A DNA stretch of 64,000 nt from an uncultured Verrucomicrobiae bacterium. Its GTDB lineage: Bacteria; Verrucomicrobiota; Verrucomicrobiia; Chthoniobacterales; Chthoniobacteraceae. Made by a program: the position numbers and the translations under genes. The stretch covers positions 1,952,001 to 2,016,000 of the forward strand of contig CAWIKF010000002.1 of assembly GCA_963836755.1 (NCBI GenBank). The letters run 5' to 3'. The notes beneath the pieces were generated by a model. The model was given only the letters and a program-made list of their open reading frames with translations. It made no database searches and had not been told where the DNA came from. Shown one piece after another: positions 9,248 through 19,330 of the stretch (positions within the stretch are counted from its first letter, which is position 1; each line of letters starts with the position of its first letter).

Positions 9248-10873
9248 TCAATCGACGAAACGCTGCGCGATCGGCATGCGACGGCCGACGCCGAACGCGC
9301 GGCTCGTCACCTTCAAGCCGGGCGCAGCCTGCGCGCGCTTCCATTCATTTAAATCAACGCGGCGCGTGATCCAGCGCACGATTTTTTCTTCAAAGCCGCG
9401 CGCGATGATGTCTCGCGCCGCCATATTTTCCTCGACGTAAAGCTGCAAAATTTCGTCGAGCAAATCATACGGCGGCAAAGTATCCAGATCGCGCTGATCG
9501 GGTTTCAATTCAGCGCTCGGCGGTTTTTCAATCGTGTTCGCCGGAATGATTTCGCGCTCGCGATTGATCCAGCGCGCGAGTTCGTAAATTTTCGTCTTCG
9601 GCACGTCGCTGATGACTGCGAGGCCGCCGGCCATGTCGCCATAAATCGTGCAATAGCCGACCGCCAGTTCGCTTTTGTTCCCCGTCGTCAAAAGCAGATG
9701 TCCGAACTTGTTTGAGAGCGCCATCAGCGTCATCGCGCGCAATCGCGGCTGCATATTTTCCTCAGTCGTATCCTCCGGCAAACCGGCAAAAATGTTCGTG
9801 AACTGTTGTTTAAAAGATTCAAAGGCGCGTTGGATCGAAATTTCATGGCATTTGATGCCGATCTTTTTCGCGAGCGCGAGCGAATCTTCGATGCTGCCGC
9901 GCGAGGAAAACTGCGTCGGCATCGTCACGCCGAGCACATTTTCAGCGCCGAGCGCCGCGGCCGCGATGACTGCGGTCACGGCGGAATCGATGCCGCCGCT
10001 CAATCCAAGCACGACGGATTTGAAGCCGCATTTTTGAATGTAATCGCGCAGCCCAAGCACGAGTGCGTGAAACAATTCCTCCGGCTCATTTTGAAAGTTT
10101 GATTCCATCGCAGCGCTCTCAGAATCAACGATTGCGACCATTTCTTGAAATGCCGGGAGCTGCGCGATGAGCTCGCCGCGCGCGTTGAATGCGACGGAAT
10201 TTCCATCGAAAATCAGCTGGTCGTTTCCGCCCACCGCGTTGCAATAAAAGATCGGGCAGCCGTGCTCCCGCGCGAGTCCGGAAAGCATGTCGTGACGCCG
10301 GCGCGGCTTGCCGAGATTGAACGGCGACGCGCTGATATTTAGAATCATCTCCGCACTTTTTTCCACGAGACAGCCGACCGGATCGCCCGCGTAAAGCCGT
10401 CGCGGCAGATATTTGTGCGTCCAGATGTCCTCGCAAATCGTCAGCCCAAAACTGGTGCCGAGAAACGCCAGCGGTCGCACGCCATCAGCTGGCTCGAAGT
10501 AGCGGTCTTCGTCAAAAACGTCGTAGGTCGGCAGCAGCGACTTGAAGATTTTCTCAGCAGCGCGCCCTCGCTGCAAGATCGCGGCGGCGTTGCGAAAAGG
10601 TCGGCCCGGGCCTTCGTTACAATCGATGTAGCCGGTCACGAGAGGAACGTCGCCGATCTCGCGGTGCAGCTGGTCGAGAATCTCGAGGTTGAGCGGGACG
10701 AAGCGCGATTTGAAAACCAAGTCCTGCGGCGGATAGCCGGTGATCGCTAGCTCAGGCGTGAGCACGATTTGCGCACCGCGGGCCGCCGCGTCGCGATAGG
10801 CGTTTAGGATTTTTTGATGATTCCCAGGCAGGTCGCCGACGACGGGATTGATCTGCGCGAACCCAACTTTCAC
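9248..10873 (-). CDS. nadE: Glutamine-dependent NAD+ synthetase
   Basis: Nitrilase-fold N-terminus (PEL, ICEDIW) plus GLSGGIDS, TGNKSE, PPSAEL. Confidence 0.96.
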   Translation of the reverse strand: MKVGFAQINPVVGDLPGNHQKILNAYRDAAARGAQIVLTPELAITGYPPQDLVFKSRFVPLNLEILDQLHREIGDVPLVTGYIDCNEGPGRPFRNAAAILQRGRAAEKIFKSLLPTYDVFDEDRYFEPADGVRPLAFLGTSFGLTICEDIWTHKYLPRRLYAGDPVGCLVEKSAEMILNISASPFNLGKPRRRHDMLSGLAREHGCPIFYCNAVGGNDQLIFDGNSVAFNARGELIAQLPAFQEMVAIVDSESAAMESNFQNEPEELFHALVLGLRDYIQKCGFKSVVLGLSGGIDSAVTAVIAAAALGAENVLGVTMPTQFSSRGSIEDSLALAKKIGIKCHEISIQRAFESFKQQFTNIFAGLPEDTTEENMQPRLRAMTLMALSNKFGHLLLTTGNKSELAVGYCTIYGDMAGGLAVISDVPKTKIYELARWINREREIIPANTIEKPPSAELKPDQRDLDTLPPYDLLDEILQLYVEENMAARDIIARGFEEKIVRWITRRVDLNEWKRAQAAPGLKVTSRAFGVGRRMPIAQRFVD

Positions 10874-10891
10874 GCCCCGATCATTGCCTTG

Positions 10892-11059
10892 CTATCGTGC
10901 GCGCGTCGAGGGCGTCGTTTGATAAAGGCTGGTTTTCCAACCGTCATTCGACTCGTAAAACGCCTCCTGCACGATGTGCACATAAACGTAAAAAAGGCAC
11001 GCGGCGAAGAACGAGCAAATCATCGTCAGTAAAACTTTTTGAAAAAACGTGGCCTGCAT
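10892..11059 (-). CDS. Small single-pass membrane protein (55 aa, absent from ORF track)
   Basis: MQATFFQKVLLTMICSFFAACLFYVYVHIVQEAFYESNDGWKTSLYQTTPSTRAR fills the gap between co-oriented genes. Confidence 0.5.
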   Translation of the reverse strand: MQATFFQKVLLTMICSFFAACLFYVYVHIVQEAFYESNDGWKTSLYQTTPSTRAR

Positions 11060-11086
11060 TTGATGGAGTGGTTTGTTTAAAGCTTG

Positions 11087-11758
11087 TCACCAAAATCCCC
11101 ACTGGCGGGTTTGCATGACGTAGATACCCAAAAGCAGGTTTGTGGCCGCGTGCGCGAAAAAACACGAGGCAAGGCTACGAGTCCGGTAGGCGACAAAGTT
11201 AAATGCCGCGCCGGTGACCAGTGCCGACACGAACTCCGGCCCGGAATGCGCGAGAGCGAAAAGGACGCTCACGGCCGTGAAAGAAAAAAGTGAAAAAGTG
11301 CCAAAAGGAACTTGTTCAAAATCGCGATCGACAAGCTCGCGCAACAAAAAACCGCGCCAAAAAATTTCCTCGAGCAAAGGCACGACGATCACAAGCCGCA
11401 CGAAGCGCAGACTCAGCACCGTGACGAAAAGTGGATGATTGTTTTGAAAAAGTGTCGGATCAAATCCATCGCGGCGCGCAGCGATGTGGAAGAGCGCCTG
11501 TGGCGAAATCCAGATTACGAAGACGAGAATCGCGATGGCTGTCGCGAAGCAGATTTTCTTCACATCGCCGAAGTCGTAGCGCCTCCAAAAAAATAGCAGC
11601 AGCGCTCCGCAGACGAGCGTTTGAATCGGAAAAATAATCTGCTGCGGAGCGTTGGCGTAAGGCGAGTGTGGAGCAATGCTGCTGACGAGCGGCGTTACGG
11701 CCAGCAGCAACATGAAGACGGCAAATGGCGCGATGTAAGCTGTGTAGTGTCTCGTCAT
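11087..11758 (-). CDS. CAAX prenyl protease-related membrane protein (CPBP/Abi family)
   Basis: Multiple TMs; EEIFWRG, FALAH, AHAATN; ends WGFW. Confidence 0.88.
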   Translation of the reverse strand: MTRHYTAYIAPFAVFMLLLAVTPLVSSIAPHSPYANAPQQIIFPIQTLVCGALLLFFWRRYDFGDVKKICFATAIAILVFVIWISPQALFHIAARRDGFDPTLFQNNHPLFVTVLSLRFVRLVIVVPLLEEIFWRGFLLRELVDRDFEQVPFGTFSLFSFTAVSVLFALAHSGPEFVSALVTGAAFNFVAYRTRSLASCFFAHAATNLLLGIYVMQTRQWGFW

Positions 11759-12017
11759 GCGCGACCTTCACGCTACCGAGCCGGCCTTTGGAAAACCAGA
11801 AATCGATCCCGAGCAATTGCTGAAACTGCTCGACCTGCAACTCGTGGCGCAGCGCGGCAAGCGGCATGAACACAGCAATCGCACGGCATTCCGCGTCGGC
11901 GCGCTGGTTCTGATCGTGGTGATGACTGTGGTCGCTTTGCTGATGCTACAATGGATGATGCCGCCCGCGCCGCCACGATCCGCGCCATCAGCAAAAGTGT
12001 CTGAAGCCGCGCGGTAA
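11757..12017 (+). CDS. Small membrane protein
   Basis: 86 aa with one TM segment upstream of pilM. Confidence 0.55.
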   Translation: MRDLHATEPAFGKPEIDPEQLLKLLDLQLVAQRGKRHEHSNRTAFRVGALVLIVVMTVVALLMLQWMMPPAPPRSAPSAKVSEAAR

Positions 12018-12071
12018 TCTCATTTCGTAGAAACACAGCGGCACGGCATTCAATCTGCTTTTTAAAGATCG

Positions 12072-13109
12072 ATGGCTAAAATTCCCAGTTCGGTAATCGG
12101 CGTAGACCTCGGCCGCTTTTCGCTGAAGTCCGTTTCCTTGCAGCGTAAAGGCGCGAACCGTTTCGTGCTCAACAATTACGCGTTGCGCATTATGCAAAAG
12201 ACGCCGGAGACGGCTGACGATCTCGCGGCGGAGCTGAAGCTGCTTTTTAAGGACATGGGCGGCGCGGCGAAAAATTGCGTCGTCGCAGTATCAAGTGCGG
12301 AATCGCTCATTCGCATCATCGAGCAACCGGAAACGCCGACGGAAATTTTGCGCGATGCGCTGCGTCTCAACGGCATGACTTTGCTCAACCAGGACGTGAA
12401 GGAATTCGTGCTGGACTGCGATCCGGTCACGCCGATCACGCCTGCTGCGGAAGGCATGCCGGCGGTCGGCCGCTATCTCGTCTGCGGAATTCCGCGGGCG
12501 CATCTCGCGCAGGTCGACGAGGCATTTCAAAAGCACAGGAAAAACTCCGTGCACAACGTGCAGCTCGCGCCGGTCTGCATTTTCAACGCTTTCGAATTTG
12601 CCAATCCCGAGACTTTCAACAACGAAGCGTTCGTGCTGGTCGACATCGGGCATCGGGCGGCGACCGTGACGGTCGGCGTCAAAAAAGAATTGATGCTCGT
12701 GCGCGCCATCGAATTCGGCGGTCAGACTTTGATCGATTCACTCATCAGCAATGGCGCGCCGGACAGCGAGGCAGCGCTTTTGCATCTCGAGGAAAATGAT
12801 GAGCTGACCGTGGACGCCGCGCGTCTGGCGCTGACGATCCTCACGCGGGAGATCAGCAGTTCGATTGGATTTTTCGAAGGCCGACGCGAGGAGACGATTC
12901 CGAAGATTTTTGTTTCCGGCGGCATCGCGCGCTCGAAGGCGCTGCTGCGGATTTTGTCGGAGGAATTGGAAATGCCGTGCGAGGCATGGGACCCGTTCAA
13001 GTCGTGCGAGCTTTCGCTGCCGGCGAATCGGAAAAAGTTGCTCGCGGAAGATTTGGTCAGCCTGAACGTCGCGTGCGGCGCGGCGGCGGAGGCTTTGAAA
13101 GGAATCTAA
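12072..13109 (+). CDS. pilM: Type IV pilus/T2SS assembly protein PilM (actin-like)
   Basis: IGVDLG, LVDIG, IFVSGG motifs; first gene of a 4-gene cluster. Confidence 0.85.
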   Translation: MAKIPSSVIGVDLGRFSLKSVSLQRKGANRFVLNNYALRIMQKTPETADDLAAELKLLFKDMGGAAKNCVVAVSSAESLIRIIEQPETPTEILRDALRLNGMTLLNQDVKEFVLDCDPVTPITPAAEGMPAVGRYLVCGIPRAHLAQVDEAFQKHRKNSVHNVQLAPVCIFNAFEFANPETFNNEAFVLVDIGHRAATVTVGVKKELMLVRAIEFGGQTLIDSLISNGAPDSEAALLHLEENDELTVDAARLALTILTREISSSIGFFEGRREETIPKIFVSGGIARSKALLRILSEELEMPCEAWDPFKSCELSLPANRKKLLAEDLVSLNVACGAAAEALKGI

Positions 13110-13110
13110 A

Positions 13111-13767
13111 ATGGCACTGCGCATCAATCTTTACCACGAGGCGCTCAAGCAGCAGCAGGCGCGCCGGCGCGACCCGCTGAAGCTCGGGATGTTTGGCCTG
13201 GCTTTCATCGGCGTCTGCTTTGTCCTCTATTATATTTGCCGCTTGAGCACGGTGCATGATTTGAACAATCGCGTGGCCGTGCTGCAGCAGGAGTGGGCGA
13301 AATGTGAGCCGCGCGAAAAAGCCGCGAAGGCTCGCGAGGACGAATTGGAGACGAAGAAGAAACTGACCGACGCGCTGGTCGCGCGGATTGAAACGCGGTT
13401 TTATTGGGCGCCCGTTCTCGATGAAATTCTCGAAAGTGTGCCGCGCGAAATTCAGCTCACGCGTCTCGATGGTGGGCTGGTAAAAGATCACGAAGGCGAG
13501 GTGACGCTGATGGTGAATGGGATTTCCGGAAGCGCTGCGCCGCGTCAGGCGGCGGAGGAATTGCGCACGACGATCGATGAAAAATTCGGCACGAAGTTCA
13601 AGAAAGTCGCATCGCATTTCAACCTGCTCGATGACTCGGATGTCAGCGTCACGCTCGACGGCCAAACGCGAGCGACGGCGAATTTCGCGATAGAATTTCA
13701 ACTGCACACACAACCGGAAACCGTTCCCGCCGCAACGCAGGTTCGTCACAAAATCGCCGCCCAATGA
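13111..13767 (+). CDS. PilN-like protein
   Basis: N-terminal INL motif, TM and coiled coil; follows pilM. Confidence 0.75.
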   Translation: MALRINLYHEALKQQQARRRDPLKLGMFGLAFIGVCFVLYYICRLSTVHDLNNRVAVLQQEWAKCEPREKAAKAREDELETKKKLTDALVARIETRFYWAPVLDEILESVPREIQLTRLDGGLVKDHEGEVTLMVNGISGSAAPRQAAEELRTTIDEKFGTKFKKVASHFNLLDDSDVSVTLDGQTRATANFAIEFQLHTQPETVPAATQVRHKIAAQ

Positions 13768-14315
13768 AACTCGGAAAAGAAGAAATCCAGAAAATCGTCC
13801 TCAGCGTCATGCTCTTCGCCGGCGTGATTTACGGCTACTTTTCATTCTTGCTCGGCCCGCTGGATAAGTCGGAGGCGAACGCGAAAGCAACGATCGCGAC
13901 TCTCGAGCCGCAAATCGCGGAGGCAAAAAAGCAATCGATCAAAACGTCGGCGATGGAACACGACGCGTCGGCGACCGATCAAATGCTCAACCGAATCAAC
14001 GCGCTGATTCCCGAGGGCGCGCCGGTGGCGTGGTTTCCTCCGCGCATGGCGGAATTTTTCAAGCAGCACGGTATCGATAAAGCGGTGACGCATCTCACGA
14101 CCGAGGCGCCGGAAAAAGATCTGACCGGTTTCCGCAAGCTCGGCTGGACGATCGATTTGCCGAGGGCTGAGTTTGCCACGCTTGGCGCGGCGCTCGCGGC
14201 GCTGGAAAACGATGAGCCGCTGCTCGAGATCAACAATGTCAGCGTGGATGCCGGCAAGGAAGAACCGCAGTTCCAGCATGCAACGCTGATCGTTTCAACT
14301 CTCGTCAAACAATGA
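13764..14315 (+). CDS. PilO/GspM-like protein
   Basis: TM plus coiled coil; third in cluster; overlapping ATGA. Confidence 0.7.
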   Translation: MKLGKEEIQKIVLSVMLFAGVIYGYFSFLLGPLDKSEANAKATIATLEPQIAEAKKQSIKTSAMEHDASATDQMLNRINALIPEGAPVAWFPPRMAEFFKQHGIDKAVTHLTTEAPEKDLTGFRKLGWTIDLPRAEFATLGAALAALENDEPLLEINNVSVDAGKEEPQFQHATLIVSTLVKQ

Positions 14316-14746
14316 ACCGCACACTGTCTACCTTTGTTATCTTAGCAGCATCGATCGCGCTCCACGCGAACGCCGGAGATTTTCCGCTGAAAAATCAGTC
14401 AACTTTTGCGCGGGACAACGGGAAGCACAATCCGTTTTGGCCGATCGGCTGGTCGAAAACTGCCGTCGCGACTTCGACGTCGACTGCGCCTGCGCCGTTG
14501 GTCAAACCCGGCGACTTTGTTGTCACCAGCATTTTACTCAATCAGCCGCCGATCGCGGTGATCAATGGCAAAGAAATGGTCGAGGGCGAAGTTGTTGCGA
14601 TGAATTTTGGCGGACAAAAAGTGAACGTGCAGCTCACCGCTGTGCAGGATGGCCAGGTGATCCTGCGCTACCAGGATCAAAATCTCGTCGTGCCACTGCG
14701 CCGGCGTGAAATCAAGCCCTTCGGCGGCCCGACTGCGACGCGCTGA
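14312..14746 (+). CDS. PilP/GspC-like periplasmic protein
   Basis: Signal peptide; NPFWP; VTSIL...AVINGK..VEGE. Confidence 0.6.
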   Translation: MNRTLSTFVILAASIALHANAGDFPLKNQSTFARDNGKHNPFWPIGWSKTAVATSTSTAPAPLVKPGDFVVTSILLNQPPIAVINGKEMVEGEVVAMNFGGQKVNVQLTAVQDGQVILRYQDQNLVVPLRRREIKPFGGPTATR

Positions 14747-15934
14747 TCACGCGGCTTTGCTCGCGGTGCGGCATTCGCCGACGAATTCGCCAATGCGCTT
14801 CAACGCGATTTTGATCTGCTCCAGACTGGTCGCGTAGCACGCGCGCACATGGCCTTCACCGCTCGGGCCAAACGCCGGGCCGGGCACAACGGCCACCTGT
14901 TTTTCACGCAAAAGCCGCAACGAAAATTCACGGCTGCTCAAACCGGTGCTCGTGATCTTTGGAAAGACGTAAAACGAGCCGTGCGGCTGGAAGCATTCGA
15001 GCCCGAGGTCATTCAAGCCGCGGACGATGAAATTGCGCCGATGCTCATATTCGCGGCGCATCGCTTCGACATCCGCAGCGCCATTTTCGAGCGCCTCGAG
15101 CGCACCATCCTGCGCGGTGATTGACGCGCACAAAATTCCGTATTGATGAATTTTCATCATCGCCTCGATGAGCGGGGCAGGGGCGCACGCGTAGCCGATC
15201 CGCCAGCCGGTCATCGCGAAGGCCTTCGAAAATCCGTGCAGAAAAATCGTCTGCTCGCGCATGCCCGGTAGCGACGCGATGCTCACGTGCTCCGCGCCGT
15301 CGTAAGTCAGCTCACTGTAGATCTCATCGGTGAGGACGATGAGGTCGTGCTTGATCGCGAGCGCGGCAATTTTTTCGAGCTCCTCGCGGCTCTGCGTCGC
15401 GCCGGTTGGGTTGCACGGAAAATTCAGCATAAGCACCTTAGACGCGGGTGTGATTTTCTTTTCCAATTCACGCGCTGTTAAACGAAAGTTATCGGCAGCG
15501 AATGTCGACACCGCGACGGGAACGCCGTGCGAAAGCGTGATGCTCGGCGCGTAGCTGACGTAGCACGGCTCATGGTAAAGCACCTCGTCGCCAGGATTCA
15601 GCAGCGCGCGCAACGCGAGATCGAGCGCCTCGGAAACGCCGACGGTCACGAGCACTTCGGTCGACGCGTGATATTCGACGGCAAACTTTTTCGCAACGTA
15701 TGCGGCGATCGCGTCGCGCAATTGCGGGAGCCCGAGATTCGATGTGTAACCGGTGCGTCCTTTTTCCAGCGAGTAAATCGCAGCTTCGCGGATGTGCCAC
15801 GGCGTGTCGAAATCCGGCTCGCCGATGCCGAGCGAGATCACATTTTTCATCGACTGCACGATCTCGAAAAAGTCGCGAATGCCCGAGCGCGGGATGTCGC
15901 GCACGTGGTCGGCGATGCGTTTCTGCACGTCCAT
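14747..15934 (-). CDS. Class I/II PLP aminotransferase
   Basis: SLGIGEPDF, NPTG, DEIY, FSKAFAMTGWRIG. Confidence 0.93.
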   Translation of the reverse strand: MDVQKRIADHVRDIPRSGIRDFFEIVQSMKNVISLGIGEPDFDTPWHIREAAIYSLEKGRTGYTSNLGLPQLRDAIAAYVAKKFAVEYHASTEVLVTVGVSEALDLALRALLNPGDEVLYHEPCYVSYAPSITLSHGVPVAVSTFAADNFRLTARELEKKITPASKVLMLNFPCNPTGATQSREELEKIAALAIKHDLIVLTDEIYSELTYDGAEHVSIASLPGMREQTIFLHGFSKAFAMTGWRIGYACAPAPLIEAMMKIHQYGILCASITAQDGALEALENGAADVEAMRREYEHRRNFIVRGLNDLGLECFQPHGSFYVFPKITSTGLSSREFSLRLLREKQVAVVPGPAFGPSGEGHVRACYATSLEQIKIALKRIGEFVGECRTASKAA

Positions 15935-15936
15935 TT

Positions 15937-16416
15937 TTACGGGGCGACTGCGAGACGGACCTCGCGCTTCTCACGATGCAATAGCGCGCCGTTTTCCTTG
16001 TAAGCTTTCAGACGAAAGTGCGACGCGGTGGAAATGACGCCTTTGATCGTGCTCAATTTTTCCGCGATGAATGTGGCCACGGACTGCAACGTCGCGCCCT
16101 CGGCGATGACCAGAAGGTCGTAGCCGCCGCTCATGAGATAGCAGCTTTGCACTTCGCTAAATTTCGCGATGCGCGCGGCGAGCCGATCAAAACCGCCGCC
16201 GCGCTCCGGTGTGATTTTGACCTCAATGACTGCGGTGACGGCGCCGTTGCCAAGCTTCGCGGGATCGACGATCGCCTGGTAGCCGAGGATCACGCCGTCG
16301 CTCTCGAGCTTCGCGATGCGCGCGGTCACATCGGCTTCGCTGAGGTTGAGTTCGCGCGCGAGATCGCCCACGGGAGCGTGCGCGTCCGATTTTAAAAGCT
16401 TGAGCAATTCGTCCAT
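15937..16416 (-). CDS. Lrp/AsnC family transcriptional regulator
   Basis: N-terminal HTH; LMSGGYDL; upstream of the aminotransferase. Confidence 0.92.
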   Translation of the reverse strand: MDELLKLLKSDAHAPVGDLARELNLSEADVTARIAKLESDGVILGYQAIVDPAKLGNGAVTAVIEVKITPERGGGFDRLAARIAKFSEVQSCYLMSGGYDLLVIAEGATLQSVATFIAEKLSTIKGVISTASHFRLKAYKENGALLHREKREVRLAVAP

Positions 16417-16521
16417 GAAGGACGGAAAATGTCGGACGGCGCGTTGAGAATGTCGAATATTTTTCCGCCGGGGGCACGTGAAATTCCGACGAGATGTTAA
16501 ACGAACAGGTTCGTTTTGTTT

Positions 16522-17601
16522 TTAGTCGCCGAAGGAAATTTCGACGGCGCGCGCGGTCTGGACCATCTGGCTGTTCGGCTGCACGAGGCGCAGGCGGCTT
16601 ACCGCTTCGGAAATCGGGACATCGGTCACGAGATAGTTTTGATACGAAACCATGTGGCCGAATTTGCCCTGGTTGATCATTTCCACGGCATGCACGCCGA
16701 AACGCGTGCCGAGGATACGGTCGAGCGTGGTCGGTGCGCCGCCGCGCTGCAAGTGGCCGAGCACGCAGGTGCGCGTTTCCTTGCCAGTGCGCGCGGCGAC
16801 TTCGCGCGCGACGACTTCCGCGATGCCGCCAAGCCGGTATTCGCCGCTTTCGGTTTTGTGCATCAGCTCGGAGCCATCTTTTGGCCGAGCTCCTTCTGCG
16901 ACGACGATCAATGTGCTCAGGCATCCATCGGCGTCGCGCTGCCGCACGGCTGCGGCAACTTTTTCGTAATCGAACGGAATTTCCGGCAGCAAAATAATGT
17001 CGGCGCCGCCGGCGAGACCGCCGTAAAGTGCGATCCATCCGGCGTGGCGTCCCATCACTTCGATGACCATCGCGCGCCGATGGCTGCTGGCCGTGGTGTG
17101 CAACCGATCGAGCGCGTCCGCGACACATGCGACCGCGGAATCGAACCCGAACGTCATCGCTGTTGCTTCCAGGTCGTTATCGATTGTTTTCGGCACGCCT
17201 ACCGTCGGAATGCCGGCCTCCGTGAGCTGAAGCGCAGTCGTCAGCGACCCATCACCACCGACGACGATGAGGCCCTCGACGCGCAAGCCGTTCAAAACTT
17301 TTCGCGCGTCCTCGATGATCTCGCTGGCAATGACGGCTTTCTCGCCCGCGCCAACTTTCGCGACAAAGTGCCCTTTGTTCGTCGTGCCGATAATGGTCCC
17401 GCCGAGCGGCATGATGCCGGCGGTTTTGTGCCGGTCGAGCATGATGAAATGACCGGGCGGTAGCAACCCCTCAAAGCCTTCCTTGAAGCCGACGACCTCC
17501 CAGCCGAGCGCCTGCGCGGCGCGGACGACGCCGCGAAGGACTGCGTTGAGCCCGGGGCAGTCTCCGCCACTTGTTAAAACTCCGATGCGTCTGCGTTGCA
17601 T
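16522..17601 (-). CDS. pfkA: 6-phosphofructokinase
   Basis: TSGGDCPG, GGDGS, PKTIDND, EVMGR, LGHLQRGG. Confidence 0.95.
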   Translation of the reverse strand: MQRRRIGVLTSGGDCPGLNAVLRGVVRAAQALGWEVVGFKEGFEGLLPPGHFIMLDRHKTAGIMPLGGTIIGTTNKGHFVAKVGAGEKAVIASEIIEDARKVLNGLRVEGLIVVGGDGSLTTALQLTEAGIPTVGVPKTIDNDLEATAMTFGFDSAVACVADALDRLHTTASSHRRAMVIEVMGRHAGWIALYGGLAGGADIILLPEIPFDYEKVAAAVRQRDADGCLSTLIVVAEGARPKDGSELMHKTESGEYRLGGIAEVVAREVAARTGKETRTCVLGHLQRGGAPTTLDRILGTRFGVHAVEMINQGKFGHMVSYQNYLVTDVPISEAVSRLRLVQPNSQMVQTARAVEISFGD

Positions 17602-17610
17602 ATTGTTAGA

Positions 17611-18543
17611 TTATTGTTCGCCGCGTGCGAGCGGGCGGCCGGCGGCGCTCCAGTTGTCGTATGCCTGCCAGCCGCTGTGCAGGAGCGACAACGCCAGTCC
17701 GAACCGATCGCTGGCGCCGAGCACCACCACGATCAATCGCCGTGGCGTGATCTCGACTTTATTTTCGCCGATTGGTTTCGACTCCGGCGCGCGGGCAGCG
17801 GAGATGATTGCGCACTCGCCGGCGCGCGCGGTTGTGCCAGTCTTGACGCCATCGATTGCTTCCGTTCCGAGCAGCTGATTCGTGTTGTGCAATTGCCAGC
17901 CGCTCTGCGTGCCGTCCGCGTGCAGCACGATAATGTCGCGATCTTTTTGCGAAACGAAAAACCGGAACTGCGATTTCGCCATTGCGTAAGCCGTCAGATG
18001 GGCGAGGTCGGCGGCCGTGGAGTAGGGGAGCTTGCGCTCATTTGCATCGAGGCCGTGCGGATTGACGAAAAGCGTCCGCGTCATGCGCAGATGCCGCGCG
18101 AGAGCATTCATCTGCGCGACGAAGCGGATGAGCGGCGTGCCGCCGTCCGCCGCGCGAAGCGTCTCGCCGACATGCTCGGCGAGTGTGGCGGCCGCGATGT
18201 TGTCGCTTTGCAGCAATGCCGCGTAAAGCAAATCGCGCATCGAAAGGCGATCGCCAGGCTGCAGTCCGAGCGGGTTCGGCCCTTGCGGAAAATTTTGCGC
18301 GGGCACTGTCACAATCTGACCGATGTCGCCGTGCCGAACGTCGAGCCAATCAAAGACAACAGCAGCGGTCGCGATTTTTGTGAGACTGCCGACCTGCAAC
18401 TTTTTCTCGACATTTGACGAGAGTAAAACGTGGCCGGTGTTGCTATCGGTGACTGCGTAGGCGGCTGCGGATTGCGCGGGCGATTTCGCGGCAAGGCCGA
18501 TGAACAGAGCTCCGGCGACAAATACGAGACGGAAAAATTTCAT
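17611..18543 (-). CDS. D-alanyl-D-alanine carboxypeptidase (peptidase S11)
   Basis: SxxK (SLTK), SDN and KTG motifs; signal peptide. Confidence 0.9.
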   Translation of the reverse strand: MKFFRLVFVAGALFIGLAAKSPAQSAAAYAVTDSNTGHVLLSSNVEKKLQVGSLTKIATAAVVFDWLDVRHGDIGQIVTVPAQNFPQGPNPLGLQPGDRLSMRDLLYAALLQSDNIAAATLAEHVGETLRAADGGTPLIRFVAQMNALARHLRMTRTLFVNPHGLDANERKLPYSTAADLAHLTAYAMAKSQFRFFVSQKDRDIIVLHADGTQSGWQLHNTNQLLGTEAIDGVKTGTTARAGECAIISAARAPESKPIGENKVEITPRRLIVVVLGASDRFGLALSLLHSGWQAYDNWSAAGRPLARGEQ

Positions 18544-18650
18544 TTGCGAAGCCGCAGAGCGTATCGCGCGCTCGCGAATTGGCAATAGGCAAACCGGGCC
18601 GCTTACCCGCCGCTAAACTGGCTCAATCCGCACGGTGGCGGAGAGCCGAA

Positions 18651-19181
18651 TTAGTGACCAGCGGCCGTGCGCGGATTCAAGACGGCTTTCATCCCGTCGG
18701 GCGAATACGCTTCGCCGATCAACTTGTCGCCTTCGTAAACCTGTGCGGCGACGCCAATTAACTTTGTTCCCGTGGCGCGAATGTGCTTTCCCTTGTCGTT
18801 GTAGGCGCCGGTCGAACTCGCGGAAACTTCCTTTGTCGTCAACGTCGTCTTCGCGTTCGGCCCGACGTCAGCGGGCATGTCGCCTTGCGATTCGACGCCA
18901 GCCTCGTGCGTCGCGAAATTGCGCGAGAGGAAAAAATATTTGACCTTCAATCCCTTCAAATCCCTCGTCGTTTGGTTTTGGATTACGATCTCAATCTTTG
19001 CGCGCTCGGTTTCGGCAGCCGGCGGCTTTTTCTTCGGGTCGGGCGTCGCGCGGTCCTTCGCGGTAGTCGTATTGATTTTATGAATTTCGACGCCGACATC
19101 ACTCGCGCGCACGCTCGGTGCTGCGGCGCAGAAAATGGCTCCGGCGAAGATCGCGGCTGTGAAAAAGGAGGAACGTTTCAT
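18651..19181 (-). CDS. Secreted hypothetical protein
   Basis: Signal peptide MKRSSFFTAAIFAGAIFCAAAPSVRA; beta-rich body. Confidence 0.7.
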   Translation of the reverse strand: MKRSSFFTAAIFAGAIFCAAAPSVRASDVGVEIHKINTTTAKDRATPDPKKKPPAAETERAKIEIVIQNQTTRDLKGLKVKYFFLSRNFATHEAGVESQGDMPADVGPNAKTTLTTKEVSASSTGAYNDKGKHIRATGTKLIGVAAQVYEGDKLIGEAYSPDGMKAVLNPRTAAGH

Positions 19182-19258
19182 GGCAAAAAGAAAACACAGG
19201 AAACGTCGGCGCGTCAACAAGCGTATGCGTTTGTTCACAACCCTCGATGTTCCGTCAC

Positions 19259-19295
19259 CAAAAAAAACGGGGAGCCCAAAGCCTTGGACTCCCCG
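19259..19295 (-). terminator. Intrinsic terminator
   Basis: Minus strand CGGGGAGTCCAAGGCTTTGGGCTCCCCG followed by a T tract. Confidence 0.8.
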
Positions 19296-19330
19296 CTGAC
19301 GCGGCGGTGCTGTGACGGAAATTTTCTCGC

